A stretch of DNA of 64,000 nt. Source: Myxococcales bacterium. Its GTDB lineage: Bacteria; Myxococcota_A; Polyangia; Polyangiales; DASUME01. The DNA lies in the NCBI GenBank assembly GCA_047601445.1, contig JASGJH010000001.1, positions 8,224,001 through 8,288,000 on the forward strand, in the 5' to 3' direction. Positions 38,198 to 47,920 of this stretch are shown here, in pieces. The position numbers and the translations under genes are program-made. Position 1 is the first letter of the stretch. Each line of letters opens with the position of its first letter. The notes under the pieces are model-generated. The model did not search any database and had not been told where the DNA came from. It worked only from the letters and a program-made list of their open reading frames with translations.

Positions 38198-38324
38198 GAT
38201 TCACCTCGTTCAAATCCGTGAGGTAGATGGGCTCATACCTGCCGATCGGCCTCTCGTCCACGAGCGTTCACTCGCAGATGGAAGCAGATCAACCCTCTGC
38301 CAGCGGAGGTTCCCGAAGCGGGCC

Positions 38325-38669
38325 TCAGGGCTCGAGGCGCAGGAGGCGCACCCCGAGGGTCGCCACGTGCGACCAGTGCGTCGTGTGGTCGCCGTCGAGG
38401 GGCACGATGGAGCCGTCGTTGAACGCCGTCACGTCGGAGCCAGGCACATCCTCGCCCGCGGCGGCCGCGCCCGCGCTCGGCGCGTACACGCCGGGGGCGA
38501 CCTGCGAGCAAGCCAGGGTGAACAACGGAGCTTGTCCCTGCACCGCGAGCTTCACGCCCTTGAGCGTGCCGGGCTCGAGCAGGGGTCGTTCACGTTGAGG
38601 GAGATGCCCTCGGGGCAAGATGCTCGCGTCCTTGGAGGTGCTCGAGAAGCGCGCCACGAGGCGCACCAT
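38325..38669 (-). CDS. Possible small hypothetical protein or gene remnant
   Basis: MVRLVARF...VRLLRLEP fills the gap with plausible codon usage; no motif recognised. Confidence 0.3.
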   Translation of the reverse strand: MVRLVARFSSTSKDASILPRGHLPQRERPLLEPGTLKGVKLAVQGQAPLFTLACSQVAPGVYAPSAGAAAAGEDVPGSDVTAFNDGSIVPLDGDHTTHWSHVATLGVRLLRLEP

Positions 38670-38758
38670 GAATGACGCCACGCGCTGGTACAAAGGCTGG
38701 TTCTCGGGTGCTGCCGGGTTGTTCGCCACGAGGCGCGCCTGGCCAAAACTGCACGCGG

Positions 38759-40885
38759 CTAGCGGAAGGTCTCGCTCGAGATTTGCCCGAAGTTCCAGTG
38801 CACGAGCCGGTTTCCTGCCACGACGGTGTCGTACTCGTCGGAGGTCGATTGGAAGACAATGCTGCCGTCGCTGTTCGAACGAACGGTGCGGCTGGTTGGG
38901 TCGTAGAAGAGACCTTTGCCCGCTGCCTGCATCTCCGCAGTGGGTACGCGGTCCGATAGCGCCAGGGAACGCCCCGCTACACGGGCGCTCGCCAGCGCGG
39001 GCTCGGGCCCACCGGGACGGTCGTCGTCTAGCCAGCCTGCCGTGCCGATGATTGGGTCCGATCCGATCCAGCCCAAGAACCAATCGCCCTGGGGCACGAG
39101 CGGTTCCCCTGCATGGCTGGTGAGCACGCCGCTTCCGAAGTTGAACGCAATGTCCCAGCCGTCGGGTGAAATGCCCCAGAAGCTAGCGGGATACTGGCCG
39201 ATGCCCGTTGGGCAAGTATCCGGTAAGGTGAAGCGCTCTTCACCAGTGTTGAGATCGACGACCCGAGTCGTGCAATCGGGGGAGATCGCGACCCCCTCTG
39301 CTGAGACGTACCCTCCGCCACCATAGACTGCAGCGACGGTCCCGTTCTTGGCGAGCTCGATGTTCCGGCTTCGAGGCAACAGGTCTGGCGGTAGCACCAC
39401 ACGTGTCAGACTCGGGTGCGAAGGAGTGGGGAGCTTGTGCAAAACCCATTCGGCGTCGGCGCCGCGCGATGCCAGGTGCAGCAGGGTCGCGCCGTCGGCC
39501 GATAGTTGCGCTCCTCTGCCGTGTAGGCCGCCGAGGAGTTTCCAGCCACTCGGGCTCTGCTCGACCACCCACAGTTGCCCGCCGTCTCCACCGACCTCCA
39601 CGATGAAGCGCCCCGACTCGGAGCCCGCGATCGATGTCACGCCGCCGCAACCGAGCTGGGAGACCGTTGAACCCGAGCCGATCCAGATTGGACTGCCGCT
39701 GCCCGTGGTCGTCATCGCCCAATTGCCCTCGGTGTCATCGGTGAGCGTGGATGCACTGATGGATACCCAGCCGTAATCGGCGCTCACGGTGGCACGTTGA
39801 GTAGGAGGGTCCGTACGCAGGTCGTAGAGAGCAACGTCGGTTCCGTACAGCCTGCCGAGCGCGAGGGTGAAGGTGCCCATGCCGAAGGATTCCCAGCCGT
39901 CGGTGTTCGCTTGGATGAGGGGGGTCGTCCCACCCACCGGAAACACGTATCCATGCTCGTTGTCCCATCTCGTCGGATCGCTCTGCTTGACGGCGAAGGT
40001 GCTGCCAGATCCGACGAGGTCCACCGTTTCATCGAGCTCGAGAGTCTGCGCAACGCTGCCGTCGGCGTTCACGATCCGATACGTACTGCCCTCGCGCGTG
40101 AAGAACTTCGGATCGCGTTCAAACCACGAGAGGAACTCGCCTGAGAACTCTGGTGAAACGGAGCTCTCGTCGCCCGCCGCCCGAATGAACTCGATGAGGT
40201 GTTCGCCCGCTGGTCCACCTGCAACGTATGCCCCTTCTACGTCCGCGACGATCTGCGCATTGCTGTAATCACCCGGACGCCTCCAGAGCTGAGCGCCGTC
40301 ACTGGTGCGCCAGGCGAAGAGGCCCGCCGTCGTGGCTGCCCACACCCACGCTCCATCACGTGCAATCTGCGCAGGCGACTCGGAGCCGCGAAGCCCGTTC
40401 TGAATGAGGTATTCAGCAGGAGGAGCCTGCTCCGAGGACTCGAGCACCACGAGCAAGCTGTTGTCCTGGGCATTGCGGAGCTCCAGCTGGGACGAGGCGT
40501 TTCTCACCAGAATCATGGAACTGCGCAGATCGAGCGCTGTCGAACCAAACGCACGAACCAGGATGTTGCGTTTCGTCGTATCCCAAAGCATCCAAGCAGG
40601 GTCGCTGGATGGGGTCATGGTGGCTTGGAGTACGCGATCCCCCGAGCGCCTCAGGAGCAGCCGGCCATCGTATGTCTCGAGCTTGCCGTCTCGAAAAAAG
40701 CCCTCGCGGAGGGGCAGGCCGCATAGCGTCCCCTCGGGAGACTCGATCCAAAGGTCGCTCTCTTCATGAAGCGCCGTCACGGCGTCAGGTTTGCGATGCT
40801 GGTCCGAGCCATCGGCTCCACAAGCGGAGAGAGCCAGCGTAGTGCCCCCGGTCATCAAAACGAGAGCAAGCATGTTCGCGCGCAT
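38759..40885 (-). CDS. Lipoprotein, predicted beta-propeller-rich; paralog 1
   Basis: LALSAC lipobox; colinear and highly similar to 40981..43179. Confidence 0.75.
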   Translation of the reverse strand: MRANMLALVLMTGGTTLALSACGADGSDQHRKPDAVTALHEESDLWIESPEGTLCGLPLREGFFRDGKLETYDGRLLLRRSGDRVLQATMTPSSDPAWMLWDTTKRNILVRAFGSTALDLRSSMILVRNASSQLELRNAQDNSLLVVLESSEQAPPAEYLIQNGLRGSESPAQIARDGAWVWAATTAGLFAWRTSDGAQLWRRPGDYSNAQIVADVEGAYVAGGPAGEHLIEFIRAAGDESSVSPEFSGEFLSWFERDPKFFTREGSTYRIVNADGSVAQTLELDETVDLVGSGSTFAVKQSDPTRWDNEHGYVFPVGGTTPLIQANTDGWESFGMGTFTLALGRLYGTDVALYDLRTDPPTQRATVSADYGWVSISASTLTDDTEGNWAMTTTGSGSPIWIGSGSTVSQLGCGGVTSIAGSESGRFIVEVGGDGGQLWVVEQSPSGWKLLGGLHGRGAQLSADGATLLHLASRGADAEWVLHKLPTPSHPSLTRVVLPPDLLPRSRNIELAKNGTVAAVYGGGGYVSAEGVAISPDCTTRVVDLNTGEERFTLPDTCPTGIGQYPASFWGISPDGWDIAFNFGSGVLTSHAGEPLVPQGDWFLGWIGSDPIIGTAGWLDDDRPGGPEPALASARVAGRSLALSDRVPTAEMQAAGKGLFYDPTSRTVRSNSDGSIVFQSTSDEYDTVVAGNRLVHWNFGQISSETFR

Positions 40886-40980
40886 GGGGCCCTAACTCTT
40901 CCACGACATGGATATCAGACTGCGGCTCGCGAATGACCGGCGTGTTGTGGAGGTCATCGTTGGTCAGCAGGACGCGCGCC

Positions 40981-43179
40981 CTAACGAAAGGTCTCCGTCC
41001 AGATTCGCCCCGGCGTCCAGTGGACGAGCCGGCTCCCTGCCACGACGGTGTCCTTGCCGGGCGTCGATGATTGGAAGACGATGCTGCCGTCGCTGTTCGA
41101 ACGAACGGCGCCGCTGGTGGGGTCGAAGAAGAGGCCGTCGCCCGCTGCACGCATCGGTGCAATGGGGACGAGCTCGGACAGCGCCAATGGGCGCCCGGCC
41201 ACACTCGCGCTCGCCAACACGAGTAGGTATAGGAAGCTAGGCGACGGTCGCATGCCCTGCGTGCCGATGATGGGCTGTGATCCGAGCCAGCCCAAGAACC
41301 ACTGGCCCTGAGGCACGAGCGGTTCGCCGGCGTGGCTGGTGAACACGCCGAGTCCATTTTCGAGGTTGAACGCGATGTCCCAGCCGTCGGGTGAGATACC
41401 CTGGAACGCGTCAGGAGCAGAAACGTTGGCACCAACCGCGGGGCAGGTATCGGGCACGCTGAAGCGCTCTGCGCCGGTGCCGAGGTCTTTTACCCGGGTC
41501 GAGCAATCGTGCTGGACCACGAGGCCATCGGCCGACATGAATCCCTCCGAGGCGTAGACAGCGGCGGCGGTTCCGTTCTTGGCGAGCTCGACGGCGCGGC
41601 CTGTAGGCAACAGGTCTGGCGGAAGCACTACACGCGTCAGATCTGGATGCGAAGGAGTGGGGAGCTTGTGCAGAACCCATTCGGCATCGACGTCGGTCGA
41701 CTCCAGGTGCAGCAGGGTAGCGCCATCTGCCGATAGTTGTGCCCCTGAGCCGCGCAGGCCGCCGAGGAGTTTGAAGCCGCTCGCGCTGGACTCGAGCACC
41801 CAGAGTTGCCCACCGTTCTCGCCGACCTCCACGACGAAGCGACCCGACTCGGAGCCCTCGATGGAGATGACGCGGCCGCAACCAAGTTCGAAGACCGGCG
41901 ACGGAAGCGAGGTGCTGCCGATGCGGATCGGACTGCCGCTCCGACCCATCATCGCCCAATTGCCCTCGAAGTCGTCCGTGAGTGTGGATGCGTTGATGGA
42001 CCACCCGTAGTCGGCGCTCACCGTCGCGCTTCGGGTCGGAGGACTCGTATGCATATCGTAGATCGTGAAGCCGACTCCCGGCTGGTTGCCCACCGCGAGG
42101 GTGAAGGTGCCCATGCCAACGGTTCCCCATGAATCGTTGTTCGCCTGAACGACAGGGTGGGTCTCGCCTACTGGAAACACCGACACCTGCTGGCCTTCTA
42201 GTGACTGATCGAGCGGACCGAGCTGGGTCAGGATCGGCTGGTTGATGGCGAAGGTGCTGCCCGACCCGATGAGGTCCACCGTTCCGTCGAGCTCGAAGGT
42301 CTGCGCAACGCTGCCGTCGGCGTTTACGATGCGGTACGTCGTGCCGTCGCGCGTGAAGAACTTCGCGGTGCCTTCGAACCACTTCACGAACTCGCCTGCG
42401 AACTCTGGTGAAACGGAGCTCTCGTCGCCCGCGGCCCGAATGAACTCGATGACGCGTTCGCCGGCCGGCCCGTGTGCGACATAGGCGCCTTCCGCGCCCG
42501 CGATGACGTGCGCATTGCTGTAGTCCCCTGCACGCGTCCACAGTCGCGCGCCATCACTGGTGCGCCATGCGAACAGGCCCGCCGTCGTTGCTGCCCACAC
42601 CCACGAGCCGTCGAGTGCAATCTGCGCCGGGGCCACGATCATCAGTAGCCCGTTCGGGGTCACGGCTTCCGCAGGAGCCTGGTCCGAGGACTCGAGCACC
42701 ACGAGCAAGCTGTCGTCCACAGCACTGCGAAGTTCCAATTGGGAGGAGGCGTTTCTCACGAGGATCATGGAGCGGCTCATGTCGAGCGCTCTCGAGCCAA
42801 CCTCACGCGCTACGATGCTGCGTGTCGTCGTATCCCAAAGAATCCAGGCCGGAGCGAAGTATGGGTCCGTAGTGGCTTGGAGGACGCGATCTCCGGAGCG
42901 TCTCAGCAGCCGGTCGTCGTCGGGATACTCGTTGAGGCCATCTTGAATGATCGGTTCTTCGAAGGTGCCAACGCCGAGAGGCTGGCCGCAGAGAGTCCCA
43001 TTCAGAGCCTCGACCCAAGCGTCGCTCTCTTCGCGAAGCGCCATCTCGCCATTCGGACCTGGCCCGCCATCGCGGTCACGTTCGCGCTCGGGGAGCTCCG
43101 AGCTGTCGGATCCACAGGCAGTGAGAGCCAGCGTCGTGCCCCCAATCATCGAAACGAGAGCAATCATGTTCGCGCGCAT
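40981..43179 (-). CDS. Lipoprotein, predicted beta-propeller-rich; paralog 2
   Basis: MRANMIAL...LALTAC lipobox; shares long blocks with paralog 1 (MILVRNASSQLELR, WVWAATTAGLFAWRTSDGA, GISPDGWDIAFN). Confidence 0.75.
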   Translation of the reverse strand: MRANMIALVSMIGGTTLALTACGSDSSELPERERDRDGGPGPNGEMALREESDAWVEALNGTLCGQPLGVGTFEEPIIQDGLNEYPDDDRLLRRSGDRVLQATTDPYFAPAWILWDTTTRSIVAREVGSRALDMSRSMILVRNASSQLELRSAVDDSLLVVLESSDQAPAEAVTPNGLLMIVAPAQIALDGSWVWAATTAGLFAWRTSDGARLWTRAGDYSNAHVIAGAEGAYVAHGPAGERVIEFIRAAGDESSVSPEFAGEFVKWFEGTAKFFTRDGTTYRIVNADGSVAQTFELDGTVDLIGSGSTFAINQPILTQLGPLDQSLEGQQVSVFPVGETHPVVQANNDSWGTVGMGTFTLAVGNQPGVGFTIYDMHTSPPTRSATVSADYGWSINASTLTDDFEGNWAMMGRSGSPIRIGSTSLPSPVFELGCGRVISIEGSESGRFVVEVGENGGQLWVLESSASGFKLLGGLRGSGAQLSADGATLLHLESTDVDAEWVLHKLPTPSHPDLTRVVLPPDLLPTGRAVELAKNGTAAAVYASEGFMSADGLVVQHDCSTRVKDLGTGAERFSVPDTCPAVGANVSAPDAFQGISPDGWDIAFNLENGLGVFTSHAGEPLVPQGQWFLGWLGSQPIIGTQGMRPSPSFLYLLVLASASVAGRPLALSELVPIAPMRAAGDGLFFDPTSGAVRSNSDGSIVFQSSTPGKDTVVAGSRLVHWTPGRIWTETFR

Positions 43180-43453
43180 GGGGCCCCCACGGGAGCAAGC
43201 GATGGGCCAACGTCGGGGTGAAGCTCGTGCTCCCAAAGCGCACTGGAGAACCCTCGCAAATTGGGCTTTCTGCGCGTGAAACAAGCGGGTGACCTACGCG
43301 CGGCCGCAATCGAAGCTTGGGCGCGGGAACGCTCGTCGGAGAGGACGCGCAGCATTCCTCCATGACATGGATGTCAGGGCTCGTTGCGACGTGGTGCTCG
43401 AACGCCTGAGTAGCTCGTGGCGTCCGTCCGATGATGACGCGTGGGAGCAAAAG

Positions 43454-43527
43454 CGTTCCCGGCTGGACTCGAACCAGCAACCCCCGGCTTAGAAGGCCGA
43501 TGCACTATCCAATTGTGCTACGGGAAC
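43454..43527 (-). tRNA. tRNA-Arg (TCT), CCA not encoded
   Basis: Reverse complement GTTCCCGTAGCACAATTGGATAGTGCATCGGC-CTTCTAA-GCCGGGGGTTGCTGGTTCGAGTCCAGCCGGGAACG folds into a cloverleaf. Confidence 0.95.
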
Positions 43528-43621
43528 CTGGCTGCCCTGACGCCTCGCGGCGTCGGCAGCGTTCCCGATGATAGCAGAGGTCGCGCCCTTGTCCGGCCGG
43601 TGTCCCTGGCGGGGACGGGGG

Positions 43622-45313
43622 CTATTCGGCGGCCAGGGCCTGTTCGAGGCTGCGGGGGTCGGCGCAGCGGTTGAGGGCCGAGGCGACCGCCGAGAGGGAG
43701 GCCATCACGATGCTGGCGTGGGCGCCCACGCCGAAGCAGCGCTCGGAGCCCTTGTTGATGGTCACGTAACACACGGCGCGGGCGTCGGCGCCCTTGCCGA
43801 GTGAGTGTTCGCTGTAATCCTCGACACTGAACGAGACGCCGACCTGGTCGCGCAGCGCGCTGACGAAGGCGTCGATGGGACCGCTGCCGGTGGCGCTGAG
43901 GGTGCGGCGGCTGCCGTTGACCTCGACCTGGATCTCGTGGCGCTCGGCCGCGCCTTCGCTCTTGCTGCTGTAGCCCACCACGCGAACGGGCTCGGTGCGG
44001 TTGACGAACTCGCGCTCGAAGATGTTGCGGATTTCGGCCTTGGAGACCTCGCCCTCGGTACGCTCGGCTTCGCGCTGCACGTACTGGCTGACGGCGGCCG
44101 ACAACGACTTGGGCAGCGAGTAGCCGTAGTCTTCTTCGAGCACGTAGGCCACGCCGCCCTTGCCCGACTGGCTGTTGACGCGGATCACCGCTTCGTAGGT
44201 GCGCCCCAGGTCCTCGGGGTCGATCGGGAGATAGGGAACCTCCCACAGCTCACCTCCGCCCTCGCGCAGCGCCTTGAAGCCCTTCTTGATGGCGTCCTGG
44301 TGGGAGCCCGAGAAGGCCGTGTATACGAGCTCGCCAGCGTAGGGATGACGCGGATGCACGGGCAAGCGATTGCAGTGCTCGACGGTGCGCTTGAGCGCGT
44401 CGATGTCGTGGATCTCGAGCTCGGGGTCCACGCCCTGGGAGAACAGGTTGAGCGCCAGGGTCACCACGTCCACGTTGCCGGTGCGCTCGCCGTTGCCGAA
44501 CAGGGTGCCTTCCACGCGGTCGGCGCCCGCCATCACTGCGAGCTCGGCGGCCGCCACCGCGGTGCCGCGATCGTTGTGGGGATGCACGCTGAGCACCACG
44601 TGGGCGCGCTGCTTCAGGTTGCGGTGCATCCACTCGATTTGGTCGGCGTACACGTTGGGCGTCGCCATCTCCACCGTGGCCGGCAAGTTGATGATCACCT
44701 TGCGATCGGGACGAGCGCCCCAGGTGTCGATCACTGCCTCGCAAACCTCCAGAGCGAAGTCGAGCTCGGTGCCCGTGAAGCTCTCCGGCGAGTACTCGAG
44801 CACCACCTCGGTGCCGGTCAGGCGCTCGGCGAGCTCGCGCACCAGCTGGGTGCCGCGTACGGCGATGTCCAGGATGCCCGCGCGATCCAGGCCGAACACG
44901 ACCCGGCGCTGCAGGGTGCTGGTGGAGTTGTAGAGGTGCACGATGGCGCGCTTGGCGCCCCGGATGGCCTCGAAGGTGCGCTCGATGAGCTCGGGACGCG
45001 CCTGGGTCAGCACCTGGATGGTGACGTCTCCGGGGACGAGCCCGTCATCGATGATCTGGCGCACGAAGTCGAAGTCCGGCTGCGATGCGCTCGGAAAGCC
45101 GACCTCGATCTCCTTGAAGCCCATGCGCACGAGCTCGTTCCACATGCGCAGCTTGCGCTCGGGACCCATCGGCTCGACCAGCGCCTGGTTGCCGTCCCGT
45201 AGATCCACCGAGCACCACTGCGGGGCGCGCTCGATGACGCGGCTGGGCCAGCTGCGGTCGGGCAGCTGGATCGCTGGGAAGGGGCGGTACTTGTGGAATT
45301 TCATCTGTGACAT
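43622..45313 (-). CDS. leuA: 2-isopropylmalate synthase (actinobacterial/yeast-type)
   Basis: WCSVDLRDGNQAL, EYSPESFTGTE, SVHPHNDRG, GNGERTGN, RHPYAG, AFSGSHQDAI, IRVNSQSGKGG. Confidence 0.95.
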   Translation of the reverse strand: MSQMKFHKYRPFPAIQLPDRSWPSRVIERAPQWCSVDLRDGNQALVEPMGPERKLRMWNELVRMGFKEIEVGFPSASQPDFDFVRQIIDDGLVPGDVTIQVLTQARPELIERTFEAIRGAKRAIVHLYNSTSTLQRRVVFGLDRAGILDIAVRGTQLVRELAERLTGTEVVLEYSPESFTGTELDFALEVCEAVIDTWGARPDRKVIINLPATVEMATPNVYADQIEWMHRNLKQRAHVVLSVHPHNDRGTAVAAAELAVMAGADRVEGTLFGNGERTGNVDVVTLALNLFSQGVDPELEIHDIDALKRTVEHCNRLPVHPRHPYAGELVYTAFSGSHQDAIKKGFKALREGGGELWEVPYLPIDPEDLGRTYEAVIRVNSQSGKGGVAYVLEEDYGYSLPKSLSAAVSQYVQREAERTEGEVSKAEIRNIFEREFVNRTEPVRVVGYSSKSEGAAERHEIQVEVNGSRRTLSATGSGPIDAFVSALRDQVGVSFSVEDYSEHSLGKGADARAVCYVTINKGSERCFGVGAHASIVMASLSAVASALNRCADPRSLEQALAAE

Positions 45314-45409
45314 CGAGGAGCTCCGTGCTGAGGTGGAGTCGTCGCGGTCACATGCGTAGGACCCCACCGGAAACTGGAACCGAGGGGGCGAAGCGCGAAC
45401 CTGAACCGT

Positions 45410-45490
45410 TCAGCGAGCGCGGAAGCCCCCGGGCACTAGGCCTAGGCCTAGCGCTAGGAGACTGGACGTGAGCGCGCGCGAGGAAACCAT
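45410..45490 (-). promoter_or_regulatory. leuA leader peptide (26 aa, Leu-sensing attenuator)
   Basis: ATG GTT TCC TCG CGC GCG CTC ACG TCC AGT CTC CTA GCG CTA GGC CTA GGC CTA GTG...TGA = MVSSRALTSSLLALGLGLVPGGFRAR; four clustered CTA codons; ends 96 nt before the leuA ATG. Confidence 0.8.
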
Positions 45491-45543
45491 TCAGGGGCCA
45501 ATCTACTCGGCCGCTACGCCCGTGTCCAGGCCCGTCGGTGGGC

Positions 45544-45565
45544 GGGGAGGTCACGCGACCTCCGC
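45544..45565 (+). repeat. Structured intergenic repeat, copy B (first hairpin only)
   Basis: GGGGAGGTCACGCGACCTCCGC. Confidence 0.7.
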
Positions 45566-45687
45566 GTTGGCCGGGGCTGTCGGTTGCTGGACGGGCGACC
45601 ACGAGCTGGCCGAAAATGCGCGCTTCGAGGCCTTGGCGCAGGGAAGTCGACCCGCCGAGAGCGCCTCTCAGGAAGGAAGAGCCCGGC

Positions 45688-47421
45688 GTGGACAAAGGGA
45701 TTCGGGGCTGGCTTCAAGGTCTCTTGGCGGCGCTGGCCCTGGCCGTGGGTGCCCCATTGGAGGCGCATGCCCAGGTCGCCCTGGACCATTATCGTCCGGC
45801 CCCTCTGGCCACCGACGGCTTCGGAACCAGCCGAGCCGACGGGCTCGGGCACCTCAAGTTCGGTGCCCAGCTGCAGCTCGACTACGGCCACGACCCACTC
45901 GTGCTGCGAACCGCCGGTGGCAGCGAGATGTCCATCGTGAGCGACCAGTTGGTGGGCCACGCCGCGTTCGCGCTGGGGTTGTTCGACAAGCTCACGCTGT
46001 TCGCCGGGCTGCCCGTGCAGCTCAGCATGAAGGGCGACGGCAGCACCGATGGGGCAGGGCTCGGAGACGTCTGGCTCGGAGGCCGCTTCACGTTCCTGGG
46101 TGGACCGAAGCATTCCTTCCGCCTTGGCGCCGAGGCCATCGCGAACTTGCCGACCGCGCAGTGGAGCGACGACCAACAGCGCTTCTCCGGCGACGACATC
46201 GGGAGCTACGACCTGGCCCTGATGATTCAGGGCAACATCAAACGCCTCGTGCTCGGGTTGCGACCGGGGGTGCGCCTGCGCAAGCAGGAGCGCATCGACG
46301 ACAGCTTGCAGATCGGCGATGAGCTGTTGTTCTCGGGCTACGCGCAGCTGCGCTTGATCGACGCGCTCTCCGCCTACGCCGAAGTGTTCGGCAACACGGC
46401 GTTCGACGCGTTCTTCCAGGCGCGCTCCACGCCGGTGGAGGCGCTGTTCGGGCTCAAGGCCTGGATCTCCGACTTCATGCTGGGCTTCGCGGCTGGACCG
46501 GGCCTGTCGCGTGGCTACGGCGCCGCCGAATATCGGCTGGTGGGCACCCTCGGCTACGCGCAGCGCGCGACGAGCGCGGACAAGCGGGACCTCGATCCGG
46601 ACCGCGACGGCGTACGCGAGCCTTGGGACAGCTGCCCCACCGAGCGCGAAGACCGCGACGGCTTCGAGGACAAGGACGGCTGTCCTGACGCGGACAACGA
46701 CGGAGATGGCCTGCTCGACACGCAGGATCGCTGTCCGAACGAGCCCGAGGATCGAGACGGCTTCGGTGACGACGACGGCTGCCTCGACGCGGATAACGAC
46801 GGCGACGACCTGCTCGACGCCGACGACCGTTGCCCGCTGGAGACCGAGGACAAAGACGGCTTCCAGGACGACGATGGTTGCCTCGACCGCGACAACGACG
46901 GCGACGGTGTGCCGGACGTCGACGACAAGTGCCCGAACCAGGCAGGTACGGTGGAGCAGATGGGCTGCCCTGCGCCGGCACCACCGCCGCCGCCCGCGCG
47001 CCCGCCGGTTGCCGTGCTGGAGAAGGGCGAGATCAAGATCCGCGAGCGCATCGAGTTCGCGGTCAACAAGGACAGCATCTTGCCTGGCAGCACGCCGGTG
47101 CTCGAGGCCGTCGAGGAGGTGCTCAAGGCGCACCCCGAGGTCAAGCGACTGCGCGTCGAGGGTCACACCGACAGCCGTGGCGGCGAAGCGCGCAACATGG
47201 AGCTCTCGCGCAAGCGCGCCGCGTCGGTCACGCGCTGGCTGGTGGAGCATGGCATCGAGGCCGAGCGCCTCGAGTCCGTGGGGTGTGGACCGCGTCGCCC
47301 GCGTGAGCCGAACATCACGGCGGGCAGCCGGCGCAAGAATCGGCGCGTGGAGTTCCACCTGGTGGATCCGGCGCCCGCGCAGGGCGTGGACGCTTCGATG
47401 TGCAAGGCAGCGCCCCGCTGA
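45688..47421 (+). CDS. Outer-membrane protein: beta-barrel, TSP3 Ca-binding repeats, OmpA domain
   Basis: Signal peptide; DxDxDG...D.CP...ED.DGF.D.DGC repeats; VEGHTD...NMELSRKRA...NRRVEF. GTG start after GGAAGGAAG. Confidence 0.88.
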   Translation: MDKGIRGWLQGLLAALALAVGAPLEAHAQVALDHYRPAPLATDGFGTSRADGLGHLKFGAQLQLDYGHDPLVLRTAGGSEMSIVSDQLVGHAAFALGLFDKLTLFAGLPVQLSMKGDGSTDGAGLGDVWLGGRFTFLGGPKHSFRLGAEAIANLPTAQWSDDQQRFSGDDIGSYDLALMIQGNIKRLVLGLRPGVRLRKQERIDDSLQIGDELLFSGYAQLRLIDALSAYAEVFGNTAFDAFFQARSTPVEALFGLKAWISDFMLGFAAGPGLSRGYGAAEYRLVGTLGYAQRATSADKRDLDPDRDGVREPWDSCPTEREDRDGFEDKDGCPDADNDGDGLLDTQDRCPNEPEDRDGFGDDDGCLDADNDGDDLLDADDRCPLETEDKDGFQDDDGCLDRDNDGDGVPDVDDKCPNQAGTVEQMGCPAPAPPPPPARPPVAVLEKGEIKIRERIEFAVNKDSILPGSTPVLEAVEEVLKAHPEVKRLRVEGHTDSRGGEARNMELSRKRAASVTRWLVEHGIEAERLESVGCGPRRPREPNITAGSRRKNRRVEFHLVDPAPAQGVDASMCKAAPR

Positions 47422-47426
47422 TTTGC

Positions 47427-47477
47427 GGGGAGGTCACGCGACCTCTCCAAGCCTCCGCGAGGTTCGCTTCGCGCACG
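47427..47477 (+). repeat. Structured intergenic repeat, copy C (central hairpin missing)
   Basis: GGGGAGGTCACGCGACCTCTCC...CCGCGAGGTTCGCTTCGCGCACG. Confidence 0.8.
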
Positions 47478-47819
47478 ACGTGCCTCCTTCGAGCGCGTTG
47501 ACTGCTCGCTTCCTTGCTCGCTTCGCCTGCGCGGCCACTGAGCCTGTCGCCATGGCGACTGAAAGAGCCGCAACGACGATTGACGCGTTACGCGCGTTCT
47601 GTGAGCCAGCCCCACCAAGATCGCGGGGAAGGCTACCGATGCGGCAGAAATCGCGCTGAAAGCTGGCTCACGCTCGCGTCGCACTGAGACGGACGACGAC
47701 GGGGACATCGCCGCGCCGAAAAGGTGCGACATTGCGCGGCCCGTCTCTCACGCAGTGACTCGCACGTGATGGTGACGGCGCGTCCGCCGTGCTGCGCGTG
47801 AAGGCGGCCGTGTGGGCGG

Positions 47820-47835
47820 CGGCACGACTCCTGCT
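47820..47835 (+). promoter_or_regulatory. Candidate sigma-54 promoter for the peptide array
   Basis: CGGCACGACTCCTGCT versus consensus TGGCACG-N4-TTGCW with exact GG-N10-GC spacing; 85 nt upstream of the first peptide ATG, in a ~440 nt non-coding region. Confidence 0.6.
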
Positions 47836-47920
47836 CAAGCACCCCGCAGCTAGTCTGACCAGACGACGTTGCTGGAACCAATCAGCTAGCCGAATCCAAA
47901 CAAAAACAGGGGAAACAATC

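Noticed and set aside
37355..43454. Prophage or ICE integrated at tRNA-Arg
   Set aside because: No integrase, phage genes or convincing duplicate of the tRNA 3' end found by eye (only a 7-nt GTTCCCG near 38310).
46580..46940. ~100-nt periodic repeats
   Set aside because: Encoded TSP3 calcium-binding repeats in the OmpA protein.
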